Shown in pieces: positions 1-13,655 of a DNA stretch of 64,000 nucleotides. Below the pieces are notes generated by a model. It did not search any database. It had not been told where the DNA came from and saw only the letters and a program-made list of their open reading frames with translations. How positions within the stretch are numbered: the stretch's first letter is position 1; every line of letters begins with the position of its first letter. A program made the position numbers and the translations under genes. Location of the stretch: NCBI GenBank assembly GCA_002633005.1, contig NMRA01000028.1:460606-524605 (forward strand). Direction: 5' to 3'. The stretch comes from Phoronis australis (lineage: Eukaryota; Animalia; Phoronida).

Positions 1-758
1 TGATGTACAAGGTGGTCACCAGCAGCAACAAACTGAATACGACAAATAAATGAATACGACCAATAACTGAATGGACATTCTAAGTTTTCTACATTAGGTA
101 TTAGATGCCATGTTTTCAAAGGGGTATCAATGTTAAGTCTAAAAAAAACTACCAGGACAGTGAAGAACACATACCAGATAGTGACAACTATACTGTAGCT
201 GTATTTTGCCCTGTTTAGTTGGCTAAAACATGAAAATCAAATTCGACCTTTTACTCTGACTCGTAAAATCAGTCTCGTTCCATTACCACAAGAACACGGA
301 AACCTTTAGTCACTCAACAAATGCTTTGGAGGTTATTGGGAATGGTCAACTCTAAAATAACAAAATTGAAAATGACTCATATACTAGCACACAATTGTCT
401 ATGACTTGAGTTGTTAATAGAAAGAGAATTGTATCATGGTGTTTTTAGAGTAAGAGGTCAAGGCTAAGACTAAAAGGCCTAGTTCAATTTTCATTCTAGC
501 ACGCTTAAAGCCAAGAAGACAAAATGCAAGTTCACAAATGAAGTTTCATTTGAATCCTAAACTTATACCGAGTTACAAAACAAATACACTTAAGCAGATG
601 ATTACCATATAATTGAATGAACAGAGAACTCACAAGGTATTAACTATATATAAGTATATATGCTACAAGAATTACTACTCAAATACACCAAATGAAAAGG
701 AATCAAACAAGCATTACACTGTGTTTTATTACAATAACATACACACTAGTTAGTATAT

Positions 759-922
759 ATAGATTATTACATGGCGAAGTCGTTATCCCCCGTTATCTAG
801 AGCCCGAGTGGATTTTGGAGAATTATCGCCCGAGGCTCGTCAGCCCCGAGGGTGATAATTCTACAAAATCCACGAGGGCTCTAGATAAGGGGGATAACGA
901 CTGAGAACATGTAATAATCTAT
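759..922. repeat. Long imperfect palindrome (hairpin/foldback element)
   Basis: Arms atagattattacatg..gtcgttatcccc..ttatctagagccc..gtggattttggagaattatc pair with their reverse complements around a loop near 835-845. Confidence 0.9.
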
Positions 923-2758
923 TTATACCACATACTAAACGAGAAACATTGCAATGAATCGATCTACCTTTCTCGACTCGCCTCGGCTTTGTAACTACTT
1001 TCTATGTCAGAGGCCCGGGGTCGGAGGTCGTGACCTTTTAAGAAAAGCCGAGCTATTTTTGTCNAAGTTCAGTTTATAAGTCCTACCTCATCTGGCGTAA
1101 GAACCCCTGTCTCCTTGAATTTGGAATTCTGAAATAGTTTACACAAATGTTATCAGACCTCAATAACGCCATGCCAACACAACGCCATGGTAACACAAAA
1201 CGAAATTCCTTCGAGTCTGACAGCAAACCTCTGTGTTTTTTGATGTTGTTTTTTTTGAAAGCAGACGTCTTTGTTTCTAGAAACTCCCAAAATGCACACA
1301 GTTTGCTTACTTATAAATAAACAGCCTTTTCTATTCTCACATAAATGCAGTTAATCTGGTCATTCACATAAACGTCCACTGTCAAATTTAAAAAACTTTT
1401 GCTTTTAAATCCCAACACCCTGATTTTTAAGTAACATTGCCAGTTAACATTGGGAATGGATTTTGCAAATCGATCCATTTGATGTTCCAAGGCATATGGG
1501 CTATGCACACTAATTGTTTTATCCATAAGTTCATTGGGGATTGCAAGTACAGGCTCGACGTTTCATGTAAACTCACCAAATGCGACCCGGCAAAATTCTC
1601 AGCTAACCAAATGGGAACTGAGGTTGGTACAACATGGAAACTTTGAGGGGGGGTGGAGTCCTGGCCCCTACAGGCAACTCAAGAGCCAGACTAACAACAG
1701 AAAAAGGTCAAATTCAGCAAATGTCCACCAAGCTTGGCAGGATGGCATTTTTTTCATCGAAAGGAAATTGAGAATGCCTCGCATGCTCAAAAATGACCAA
1801 TTTCCCCTTTTTGAGTTCAATAGCCCCAATACCAAACGTTTGAGGCAGGCCGGAAACAGATGGTCGTCACACACCATCTGTGCTTAACTCATAAGTGCAT
1901 CTGCATCAGATTTTTGACTTCCATCATAGTATTTTGAGTGCAAGCAACTTCGTTTCAACCTGGGATTTTTAGCAGATTGCCAAACAAATTTTAAGGTTGC
2001 ATTGGTTGGTGACTCCTGAGTAGGTGGCAAATCGACGAAGCCCTAAACTAACCAAAGTAAAGTCTTTGATTTGAACTGCAAAAGCTTCGGCCAGATCGTG
2101 TTCCACGAAGTTTACACGTTTCAGCCTGCCTTTACATACTTATTTACAGACACGTTACGTTTCTATGTGGGTAGATTAGCACCTAGGCAATTACATCGCC
2201 CTGGATGCCGCAGGCATGCCAACCGAGGGGCTACGTGTTGCCTAATTAGAACCGAACTTCATTCCTGAAATTGAAAAACACCAAATTGCGTATGTTTTAT
2301 ATAGTTAAATACTAAACATGTTGTTGAAGCGAAAACACTTCAGAGCGTCAGTATACCTTCAATACAGGCGTTAAATATCCAGCAACTCCTAAAGCCGTGC
2401 CTTTGACAGCATTCACGAGATTTTGCATATTGTTCAACTGTTCACACCCCTCTGACCTATGGCTGTATGGAAAGATTTGTTGTACATTGATTACTTCCTA
2501 TCTTACAATACTGAAGAGCAGCGTTCACTTCCGGCTCTTGCGAAACCCCCGATTCCGGGTTTTTGTTTTATTGCGAAATATGGTAAGCCTACGCATAAAA
2601 GACTGTGTTTCGCAATGACATTTTATGGTCAACTTAGGTTTTAGCGTCCAAAAATGATCCCAAAATGACCTAGCTCATAAATTCCGAGGTATAGTACCAC
2701 AAACCAAGGCAAATATTGGACACCACCTTGGCGATAAAATTGCCATTTTCCCTGAGTC

Positions 2759-3546
2759 TCCTTCATCCTTTCAAATTTCAACAACTGTCCCCTCTCATGG
2801 CATTTTTGCTCCAAAGAAAAAACACTCAAACTAGAAAAACTTCAACTCAGAGCCCTCCGTTTTGTTTACATCAACGACCTAGCACGCACCGAACACGAAC
2901 TAGGCCCGACTAGTCTCACTAGCTAACAAACCACCCCTTCATCTACACACAGACTTCGACTTATTGCAATAGAACTATTTAAAATCCTTTATGGCGAATC
3001 ATCTAAGACACTTCTTTAACTTATAAAGAAGCAATAAAACATTTACTCCTTCCGCTACAGCAACCTTTTAGATATTCCTCAAGTTAAATCTCATGTGTCC
3101 GAACTAGGAACCAATAGCCCGGCTACGGTAAAAAATCTTTTCGCTTCGAGGACACTCGGGTCTGGAACAGTCTACCGAATATGTTGCGCACAACAGAGTC
3201 TTTCACTATTTTCCGTGGACTGATACGAACCTGGACCGACCTCTAATGCAGCTGCTCTCTTGTAAACACTCCGGGTTATGCTGTAATATCAGTAGTGCCT
3301 ATACCATCGATCGTTTCTTTACAATTTTGATGCATCTACATTTACACGTGTATGCCTGTTGTCGTTTATATTCTAGCGATTATGACCACTTAACTTTTAT
3401 TAACACTTATATCTCTGTTTTATTCTCCATCTTTAGCTTAAGTTCCATTTTCTTCATGTTTCTGTTAATTTCAATGTCGCAGAAATCCAACCGGCCTCTG
3501 TTCATCGAAGTCACGTTAAATAAAGATTCTTGATTCTTGATTCTTG
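2759..3546 (+). mobile_element. CR1/L2-group LINE 3' fragment
   Basis: SFILSNFNNCPLSWHFC...LEKLQLRALRFVY and YGKKSFRF...WNSLP; ends in aataaa followed by a (gattctt)3 tail. Confidence 0.9.
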
Positions 3547-3727
3547 GCAGTTGCCACTAATCACTACATTTTAACGAGGTACATGTTTTAGCAAAGTGCT
3601 AATACATAACGGTCCTCATAAATTTTAAAATAATCTCATTTATGCCGAGTTCATCGGTTTTCACCGGCCTTCTCATAATAGACAGCGAGTGATCTTTCAA
3701 AAGGATTTTAAAGGGGCTCCTATGTTT

Positions 3728-3900
3728 AGCCTTAACCGAAGTGGTTAAGGTGCTGGACTCGAATTATCTATAATTTCAGAAGTCGTGGGTTCAAATCCTG
3801 CCTAGGACAAAAATTCACACCATGCGTGTACCACATATCCGTGCTCGTTCTTCTAAGACGATGGCCGGAGAATTGACCGACCGAAACGTCGTGACAGTGT
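3728..3900 (+). mobile_element. tRNA-derived SINE-like head followed by a hammerhead-like motif
   Basis: A-box-like taaccgaagtggtt and B box gggttcaaatcc; no clean cloverleaf, so not called a tRNA. Confidence 0.6.
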
Positions 3901-5234
3901 GAATAGACTAGAGGTCGGTGTAAATAGATCAAGAGATTTTAATAATAGTTAATTTTCGTAATTGCCCTGCTCCACTCAAAAGGAGCAAAAGCAAAGTTGC
4001 TGATGTCCATGGGTTCTGTCTACCACCTTAGTTACGACTGACAATTTCTTAAACACATTGTGATGGAAGGAAATAAAAGCACGTATTTATTTGATGGCAG
4101 GTTGACAGGCTTTGCCAAAGCAACAACAAAATATCGCCTTTGAGCACAGCGAGCCAATAGTGTAAAAAAGTGGCGGCATAGTAACGTGTGTTATACAGCT
4201 TGAACGCTGAAAGAAAGTTCCCTGATGTCTAACCTGCTTGAAATAGCGGTGGTAACAACAGATGAAACCGTGACGTGTATACGTAAAAGTGGGGTGCCTA
4301 GCTGGGGAAAATATTTTGCACTCTGAAAGGACGTAATCATTTTGCCCAAACCTGGTCTAGGACTATAATTTAAAGGGACAATAGTCCAAAGAAGCTTACT
4401 GGACGTGGAGTCACGTGTCTCATGTTTTTGTGTTGCAGCTCGCAGAAAAGGGAATTTGGCATATTACAGTGGCGGACCTAGGATATCACAAGGGGGGGCA
4501 ACATTTTGTACGGCTGTAAGCATTTACGCAAACCACGATTGTAGATGCGTATAGCACCCAATGGGGGGAGGTCGGGAGGGGTGTTTGCTCTTCCTGGTTG
4601 AAGTCATTCTGTTAAATCACTGCGCTTTTCTAAGAATATTGGGGCCCATTCCACATAAAATCGTTGCTTGTTTTGTATGTCCGTTACCAGCTATTCTAAT
4701 GACCCTGTGACCGCAGCCTACTAGTCGTTAGAATTGCCGAAAAATGTCTGCATCCAGAGTTCAACTTAACGAATTTTTGAACTTACATATTATCGTGGAA
4801 CGATTCCCTGTTCTTTGACAAGGAATGTTTTCAACAAGTCAGAGACAACATTGCAGTCTGAATTCAATTCTTTGTGGCAAACTACAGATTTAATATAATT
4901 ATATTTACAAATAATACAGTGCTTGCGATAGTTCAAAAATAATCAATTTTTGAAGTTGGTGAAAGCCTAAACAAGATTTTAAATCTCAGCCTCCTCGTTT
5001 CCAAAAGTAAGCCTACTCTGCATCCACAGCTGTCAAGACGTTCCTCGCAATATTGTTAAAGCTGAACATAGGAGCTCCTCTAAAATCCTTTTCGAATAGC
5101 ACTCGCCGTCCTCTATGGTAAGCCCGATGACAACATTGAACCATAAATGAGATGATTTTAAGATCTTTGAGGACCATGACGTATCACTATGGACTTTGCT
5201 GAACATGTATTGTGTCCTCAATCAATAAATTTAA

Positions 5235-5362
5235 AAATATTAATAATAATTATCATCACGATAACGAAAACGAAGCGATAGCGAGTAATACTAGTGATAG
5301 TAGTAATAGCAGTATTAGCAGTAACAGTAGTGATAGTAATGTAATACTAATAAAAATCATAA
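5235..5362. repeat. Degenerate (AAT/AGT)n low-complexity tract
   Basis: Directly visible. Confidence 0.8.
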
Positions 5363-5727
5363 TAGGTCGCCAAATTCATGTCGTGTCAGCCGGTCTAATT
5401 CCTATAGAAGATGTATACGAAAAGTGCAGCCCAACACGGTGTTTTTTTCACAGAAAAACACTCTCCAAAATGGCGCCATTTCCGACAAAACTATATCTAA
5501 AAGGTGGCTTTCCTGAATTTCTGAAACAGAAGTGTGCGAAAATGTGAATTTTTACACAAATTAGTCTCTAAATGGGTCACTTTTTGTTCGAGCCCACTCT
5601 CTAAATAGGTAGGTATTCAAATTTTTCGGGCGACACTCCTCACCTTAAAATGCTCCAGTATCCCCCGGCCGTGTCAGATACCACTTGTTCATGATTTTGG
5701 TCATTTTCTTTGCAATATGACGTGGGT

Positions 5728-5900
5728 TTCGTAAAATGTAACAATGGTACATTTCTCGCATGTGCGTTCGACTGGAAATGTAACAACTACGTAAAATGTA
5801 ACGACTTGTTACATTTTAGGAGAGGCTTAGCAACGTAACAATGACGTAAAATGTAATAGTTGTTACATTTTACGAAATTGTTTTATTTAACGGCGTATCA
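5728..5900. repeat. Array of aaatgtaac / gttacattt subrepeats (MITE terminus)
   Basis: About six direct and inverted units. Confidence 0.65.
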
Positions 5901-6069
5901 AAGCACACCTCCGTTTAGATGCGGTACAAAATCATGATGTTCCGTGCGACACGTTCGCTTCTCCAAGAAGGCGTTTCACTTGCGGAATTTCGTGGCAGCA
6001 AAAGCAAGCGTCAGTCGTTTCCATTATAGTACATTTAGCTCACTGACACCATGACAAGTCATTCAAACG

Positions 6070-6565
6070 GTTTTCGGAACTATCATATGTTCCGTTGTCT
6101 GTGCACGTTCACGAAGCCTCTCTATTATTACTTGATCAGTGTATTCCGGTTCCAACTGCGTCTGTTGAGCACTCGTCAAAGTCGGGATTGCGAGTTGCCA
6201 CGTCGACGTTTATTATTGTGCGTTCTGTGTCAAAATGAATTATTCTCACCCTAACCAATGTTTATCAGTATAAAACTGAAACTAAGTCTGCCTCATTAGA
6301 TACAAGTTGTGATGCCTTGGAGTGTTCGTGAGTGCAAATGTTTTGAGAAGCCAGCAATGAGTAAATCACTGCGTTACTGGCTTTAGATGCAATAAACTAA
6401 TTGACCGGCCACCGAGGCCGTGTGATGAGCTCACGTTAATTCAGTGTTTGCTGACAGAAAGCTGTTATGAAACAATAACTGGATTTTAAATCCTCCATGG
6501 TCAGATGCTAGGGGAATCTTTATTTATGTATTCATATACATTATTAGCCGGAATCATTGTTACTG
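6070..6565 (+). mobile_element. Internal fragment of the same Kolobok family
   Basis: Aligns by eye to ~29735-30285. Confidence 0.8.
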
Positions 6566-7385
6566 CAGTGGCGGATCTAGGATATCACAAGGGGGGGCCA
6601 ACATTTTGTCCGGCCGTAAGCATTTGCGCAAACCACGATTGTAGATGCGCATAGCACCGAATGGGGGGAGATCGAGAGGGGGGTTTGCCCCAGGAAATTT
6701 TTCTATTTTTACCTCTAAAAATCAAGCATTTTCCTTGATTCCTGAAGTAGTATCCAAGAAAAAAAGGCAAAAAAAAACGGAGAACGTGTCAAACAGAAAA
6801 AACTGCAAGCACAAATGACTCGAACTCACGACCTGGCAGATAGTGCGCGCGTACGTTACCACTACACCACCGCGATTTAACTACTAATGTCCTACTAAGG
6901 GACCTACTTGTTTATGGTCCACAGCGAAACCTACTTCTTTTTGTAATGTTTATTACACGTTTTATATTTTGTGCCATCAATTCTTAACAAATTTGTCGTA
7001 TTTAAAATAGTCTTCAAATGCCCAAAAGACCAAATCCGTTTTTCGTGTTGGCAATAATGACGGGATTGCTTTGGAAATCGTCTTAAGATCATAAGGTTTG
7101 ACAAAGAGAGTATAGCGAGTTTCTGAGTGATTCACTAAGGCTTCGATTAAAATTCACATCTTACCAGCAGCTTCTGTTTTTTCATCGTCACTCAGGTTCC
7201 ATTTTCTTTAAAAAATGAAGTAAATTTTCTTCATTGCACAGTGGAGCAGACGACGGAAACGGAGTCGTAGTGTGCAGCGCTACTGCCGGTCGCCTGGGAT
7301 ATCGTGGGAGAGCCTATACTTAGCCATAGTTCCGTTACGAATGCGCCGTGTTCCGAATTTGACACTTGAAATTGGATTGAGCATT
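6566..7385 (+). mobile_element. Non-autonomous DNA element (hAT-like terminus cagtggcgga) carrying a tRNA-like segment
   Basis: First ~125 bp repeated at 4467-4590; 6740-7385 is the reverse complement of 22672-23285; minus-strand A/B-box-like sequence at 6805-6875. Confidence 0.7.
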
Positions 7386-7449
7386 CAGCTATTCAATAGC
7401 AATTACAGTGCTGGCTTCATGGTAATAAAAACTTATGACAATTTGGCAA

Positions 7450-8140
7450 CACTTAAACACTTCATTTATTGAACAACTGACTGATAGTAGTGATAGCCTG
7501 ATAGCTTTCTCAGTATCGGGTTGACGAACCATTCGCACTGGTCACTACAGCGACACACCTTCTTCGCATGCTGTTTGCTAGCCTGACAACGCATTGCTGT
7601 GCGATGGCATTCCACGCCTGAGTCAGTAAGCGCCTTAATTCAGCCACAGTGGTTGTGTTGGTCACTTGCACACGTACAGCCCATCCGAATTGGTCCCACA
7701 GGTGTTCGATAGGGTTCATGCATACAGGCCATTTCATTTGGAGCCACAACACCAGATTCTCACATAGGAAGAAAGCCGCACTGGGCACTCTAAACACAGT
7801 TTGTATAATTGCGATTCACACTGAGCCTCCTAACAGCAGAAAGCTCCATGCTATCAATCAGTGTCTCACAAATTTGGTGTTTACCCCGATGGTAATCACC
7901 AGCACATCACAGGTGGTGACACTACTTGACAGAAACAGAGACATTTGCAACATTCACTTTGAGACCAAACCTCTTTGGCAACAAAGTTACTGAGCATATC
8001 CAAAATTTATTGAAAAAATGTGGTATTGTTTGAAAGGGGAATGACAGCGCTTTCCATTGGTATGCAACATGATTTAAATAAACTAAAAGTAATGAAAACA
8101 CGGACAAGTGAACACCAATTTCCAAACTTTTGTTGAGTTG
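7450..8140 (-). mobile_element. Internally deleted Tc1 (DD34E-type) element
   Basis: C-terminal transposase motifs NPIEHLW, LTQAW, SMRRRC...TRY* at 7510-7740; TIR-like end ccaaacttttgttgagttg. Confidence 0.85.
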
Positions 8141-9774
8141 TTTAGATCCCCCAGTTGTAATGTGCTTGAAGCTCAAAGAAACAATTTCACCTAACCTTGC
8201 AGTATCTATCATTTTAACCACAATGGAGTTAAATGTCAGCTATGAGAAACAATGGTTTATCGTTGGCCTTTTGTTTGGGTTCACCATGAGTGAAAATAGG
8301 AAAAAATAGGAATTTCTCAGAAAAATAGGAGTCTCTCAAATAAAGGAAAAATAGGAAACTTGACACCCTGTTATTTAAGTATTAAATTATATTATATAAG
8401 CTTATCTGCTTCGTCCTCATTATCATATTGTATGGAATCTCGGGTCAGTGACCTTCTTTGTTCTCCCACTATTGGTTTAGTTGTACCACGTGATTTCTTT
8501 GTCTCGTCACAAACTGTGCCATAGTCCATAATTATCTTCAATTTTGTATTTTTCAGTCAATCCTATCCTTCAATCCATTTTTTCTTTTTTCTTTTTTCCT
8601 TTTGTATTTCAATGCTCTCAATTTTTCCATGTCGATGTCACGGTGTTGCTTTTTCATATTGTCACCATTTTTCCAGCTCAACATTTTTTTTACACAATAC
8701 GTACCAAGTTTCTTTCATTTTTCCGGCAGATTTTTTAAATACTTCGCCCAGACTGTTCATGTGGCGGATCACATCCTTGCCCGTTAGGTTACAAGTTTTT
8801 CTTAAAGAAACAGTTTTAAATGCAACGATTTCTTACTTGAAAAGAAATAACAAAGATGAAAACAACGGTAATTGTGCGTTGAACTTGTAAAATTTCCTGA
8901 CAATAGTTAAATAACAACAATATTTGATATTGTAGTTACCGAGGAATGGGCGCCTGAATTGCAGGCATTTAGCAATTGAAAACTGAGACAGAAGCGTCAT
9001 ATAATTAACAGTTTTGTACCAGACGTTATGTTTGGGACCTAATTGCATGTTGAGTGTTATTTATACTGCTGCAATTGAATAACTTTAAACTATTTTCGGA
9101 AAGTTTGATGATCGAACCGGCTAACGACGTCGAGTCAACATTGACCTACCTTTTGAACTTCCCATGTCAGAGGTCACTGTTGAAGTAGTGCGGGAGGTGA
9201 ATATGGAAAACAATGTTACATGTCAGTAATGCACTCGACTGATTCAACACGTATGGGATAAAAATATGTTTATTGAAGTTTCTTGTTAATTTTAATGTTT
9301 CACCGTCAGATTCGTTACTCCTACTCCAGGTTGTTTTAGGCCATAGCCTACTTGTTGCAGTAATTAATTCATACTCCATTTTTTACCTGTCTATCGGATT
9401 CATTTTATTTGGAAGAGACCAGCACCTTCCAAAAGGACATCAGAAGGGCAGATCCACAAAGCCATTGAAGAGTATAACCTCCATGATTTAGCTTCCTTCC
9501 GAGTTTTTCATCAAGATTTCCAGAGACTTAAATTTTTTCGTTAATACGAATAAATTCTGAACATTTCTTGGGGGTCGGACCCCAAACCCCTCGTGGGATG
9601 TTCCATACCCTTGCTCTCCGGTTGCCCGTCAACTATCTGACTGTGCGTCTGCCTTCAGGAATCACCAAAAATTCAAATAGTAAATTAAGAATCTCTGTTC
9701 CAGTGCGACTGCAGTGAATAACCCATTCCGGAGTTGTTTTGTCCTCAAGCAATCCTGTTATTATTTTACTTTAT

Positions 9775-10205
9775 AATTTATTTATTTATCTATTTAAACT
9801 TCTTTAAAGGACTGGGTGTCCACTTCAGTGAATACATTGATTTTCAAGTGGGCCTAGTCGGAAATAATTACATGAAGTAAAATACAGACAGACATGTATA
9901 ATTAGATTGAAAAGATAACAAATAAAATAAATTAGTATAAAATTAGTTAATATATAAAATTTGACAAATGAATAAGATAAAATAGAGTAAAACAGTGATG
10001 AGCTGAGACCTACAGTAACGAACCACGCACAAAGTCCCAGTAATTCTGTTTGAAGACGTGGACATTTGGCATGTTCGCGACGGCAATCCCCAGCTCTTTA
10101 TAAACGACAGCACCTCTGTAGGCAAAAGTTCCTTTGCCACAGTCGTTTTTTGGCTTGACTGGTACCAGGCAGCCAGAAACACTCGGTCTGGTATTGTAAT
10201 AGTAA
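9775..10205 (-). mobile_element. CR1/L2-group LINE 3' fragment
   Basis: Minus-strand GK.TFAYRG motif; same family as 35450-35870; (aaat)n-like tail. Confidence 0.75.
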
Positions 10206-12067
10206 TATTCCCATACAAAAGATCAAAAGCACCAAAGACAAAAACAATCAAATAAAAGTAAATTTTGTAAAATCATCACGTTAATTGTTTCCTAAATTCG
10301 AATGCGGACCTAGAAAGGGCGGTGTGACGTCAGCACTTGTAGAATATAGGTCATGCAAATGTGCTTGGTCAAGATTCTCCATTCTGAGTTTCAAATGACG
10401 AACATTTAGTCCGTTTTTGTCGGAGTGTGCGGAAGAGCCCTCCTGTATTGCAGTCGTCTGGGTTCAGTCAGTTACGTCTAAGGAGCTGCCAAAAGCAGAC
10501 CGATTACACTGTCTCCGCTTTATCCTCGAAACCTACTCGCTGGTGTGCCGTGAATCTGATACCAGTCGTTTGCGTACTTTTTATTTCGCTTTGAAGCTGG
10601 ACTTTAGGTTATTACATGGTCAGTGCCAAGGATGACAGAGACCGGAAGTGAAGTGTGTTAGGGCAGCGACTCTACTCAACTTGGACAGTGTGAACCAGCA
10701 GCCCTTGGCTAGATATAGGCACTACGTAACCTCTTCTGTGACTGGCAAGAGGCTACACCACTCGTCATCGGTTTCTGTGTTATTTTCATCCTGTCCGAAT
10801 GTAGACCAAATCTGGTCACCGAATAAGAGATTTTAACCACGTTAAAAATCCATGTCACTCATAAAATTATCACTAAAAAGCGTACTTTCTTCAGCGATAC
10901 TTCCTGGTTATGTCCATGTCCTCGATGAAGCATGTCTACGGGAATTAAGATGACTGGCGAGGAATTCCAATTCTCACTTTTTGGCAGTCGGTAGACCAAT
11001 CCTTGAAGTAATAGCCGATTATTGGCTATTTTTGGTCACCGTTAACTTTTTCAGCGCGCACGATCATCACAAAATATGTTAATGGACGTCACGGAAGAGG
11101 ACTGAGTGGACCGCGTAATCTTTTGGCTGACACTTGCATAGTAGCACGTGAAGATATCCCTTTGACTTTTTGTTCATGAACTGGTGTGATTCTGCGTAAC
11201 TATTGGCGAGGGAAGTTCGAGTGAACCTCGACATATTTCCACAGATATATTAGAAATATGTTGACTAAGTTTACTTCGGAATCACGGTATGCGTTAATTA
11301 TAACACAATGCGTACACATGCATATTTCACCCGTTGTCATACGATGCATTTTGAAATGAGTAAATTTTAATAGGGGTATACCATCGCCTGTGTACACCTA
11401 CACAGGCGATGTAACTGCCTACAATAGACACAGTCTCTATGGACTTTTTATCAGTTCTCTGCCACCTGAATATGTGTTTTCTGTTTGTAAATATCCTACT
11501 TTCTGTATCAAACGCACTCTTCTTATCGTATATAGAACCCTTTAGTCAAACTGAAGGTTGCGTACCCACGCGATCCAGAATTTACATATGTAGCAGTGTA
11601 TATTGTGTTGTGAATAATGGGGTTGGAGATGACCTTCATCAATGTTAAAAATTCAATGTAGAAAGACAAGAATCTAAACATTTGTTAACAATGTACAATG
11701 TCATATTAGCATAAATTTGTGATTGGCAGAAAGTGGCATCCGGATATCATTAAATTTACAGTCAATTTTCTTCATTCAATTAAATAAACGTAAGCTCGCA
11801 CATTCTTGATAAATTTGCCGGGAATTTTGTGATCTTGTTCATCTTTTATTTTCTCTGTATAGTATCGTGTAAGCCCAGTTAGGGCTTTATTCCGTTATGA
11901 AAGGATGTGTATACGTTTTGTTATACCGTGGAACATGTCACTTTGGTCAATGAATAACAATCTCTGCCAAACACTATCATCCTAATCAAAATATTTAAAA
12001 CACCACCATACTGAATTAAGTGCATGAAACGGCAACGTTGTTAACGTGCTAATGAATGCGCTCCGAG

Positions 12068-12365
12068 GAGCGAACTTGGCGAAATTAACTGAAAACAGAA
12101 AAGACGACGATACAGATGATGACGGATATGACAACGATTGTGGCGATGATCAACAATACAAGTAATGATAGAGCGTAGAGGTCAGAAATCAGTACGAAAC
12201 AGGCTACAGTCTTGAGCAACATTTGGCGAAATTAACTGAAAAGACGACGACGGAGATGATGACGAAGATGACAAATATGATGGCGAGGGTGATGATGATG
12301 AATAAATTAATTGCATTCATATGACGAACTTAGATGTCATAAATCAGTAAGAAATATGCTACAGT
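12068..12365 (+). repeat. Diverged tandem duplication of a ~150-bp unit with (GAC/GAT)n core
   Basis: ttggcgaaattaactgaaaa ... aaatcagta..aa...gctacagt occurs twice. Confidence 0.8.
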
Positions 12366-12409
12366 TTTGTTCAATGGAAGCTAAACCAACATCAATGCAG
12401 CATGAGCGC

Positions 12410-13245
12410 TCAACAAAGGAACCGCGTTATCTGAAAGATCTCGAATAATTCGGAAAGTAGACGTCCTAGCAAAAAATGGAAGATATCTTCTAAAAGCTCG
12501 TTCAAAACTCTATCTAAATTTATAGAATCGCAAAATTCCGTAAGTTTTTCAAAAAAATTGAAATTTTGCGTTTTTTTGAAATTCAATATCGAATAACTCA
12601 AAACGGTAAGTCTGAGAAAAAAAATTGTTACAAGTAATTTGAAAGGATATACCTCAGAAAATCCACATACAAAAATTCACGTCATTTTTTCTTCCCGTTT
12701 AAAATGGCACTCTAGCACGACTTAATATGGGTCAACTTGCGCCAGATCCGCCATCTTGGAATCAACTTCCGGTTTTTTAAGATTGCATAATTGCGTGCAA
12801 GAGAAAACTAATACCTGAAAAATTTCAAAGCAATTGGTCCTTTAAAGTGCCTGTACAAGAGAAAACGTTTTTTCCCAAAATCGAGGTGCGCATGCGCAAT
12901 TGCCGATATTTCTGCCATTTTGATTGGAAATGAATGATTTCTAGCATAATTGGAGGACCTGTATAATTTCATACTTGTGCCGATTTTGAGCCTAATACGT
13001 CAAAAAATAAAAAATTGCGGGTTCTATGAGCAAATGAATCAGAAATTGGAAACGAAATGGCCGCCATGTCCGCCATCTTTGATCTGATCATAACCAAAAA
13101 CAAGAGACTTCCAGCACTTGCAGAGCTACACGTTGTAGGTAAATTTCGTGTGGATAGGACCAAAATTGCGACCTGTAGAGTGCGAACAAAAAAAAACTTG
13201 ACGTCAGAGCAACATACGTGGCGAATTCGAATTTCGCAAAGTAAT
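12410..13245 (+). mobile_element. Non-coding interspersed element ending in a short hairpin (possibly Helentron-like)
   Basis: Interrupts unit C homology; 3' gcgaattcgaatttcgc hairpin; recurring ccgccatctt motifs. Family assignment is tentative. Confidence 0.4.
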
Positions 13246-13256
13246 AAACAGAGTTA

Positions 13257-13655
13257 AGTGCCCGGTTGCATGTCCCAAATAGGAAATCAACTAAGTTCCC
13301 TAATTAATATATTGCGTATTTGTGGACTTGTGAAAACAACGATTGTTTTTCCTTATGAAGTTTTGGATTCATTACTAAGTTAATTTTTTAATTTGATACA
13401 AATCAAAGGTGAAATCTACGTTGAAATTTCAATACAAACTCAATAGCTTTTTTATGCAACGCCTCTTATTACTGTTTATTTTCATTGAACCCGCGCTCAG
13501 TTTTCATTTTTATTATTAAAAATAACTTCACTCAAGGAGGAGCTCCTAATCAGAATGAAAAATAGATCTGAGAGTAAAAAAAAACACAAATAAGCAACAG
13601 ATTTAGGGAAATTAGTTTAGTACCTATTAGGGACCGTTTCATGCAACCAGGCACT
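13257..13655. mobile_element. MITE with TIRs agtgcccggttgcatg / catgcaaccaggcact
   Basis: Terminal and subterminal inverted matches (ctaagttccctaa / ttagggaaattag). Confidence 0.7.

Noticed and set aside
1000-2270. Possible decayed transposon coding sequence beside the hairpin (Crypton-like guess)
   Set aside because: Only a faint motif resemblance, many stops and an N at 1064; cannot be supported.
3728-3808. tRNA gene (also tRNA-like segments at ~6805-6875, ~16440, ~23150, ~35960)
   Set aside because: A/B boxes are present but there is no complete cloverleaf; these are SINE-type or repeat-borne heads.
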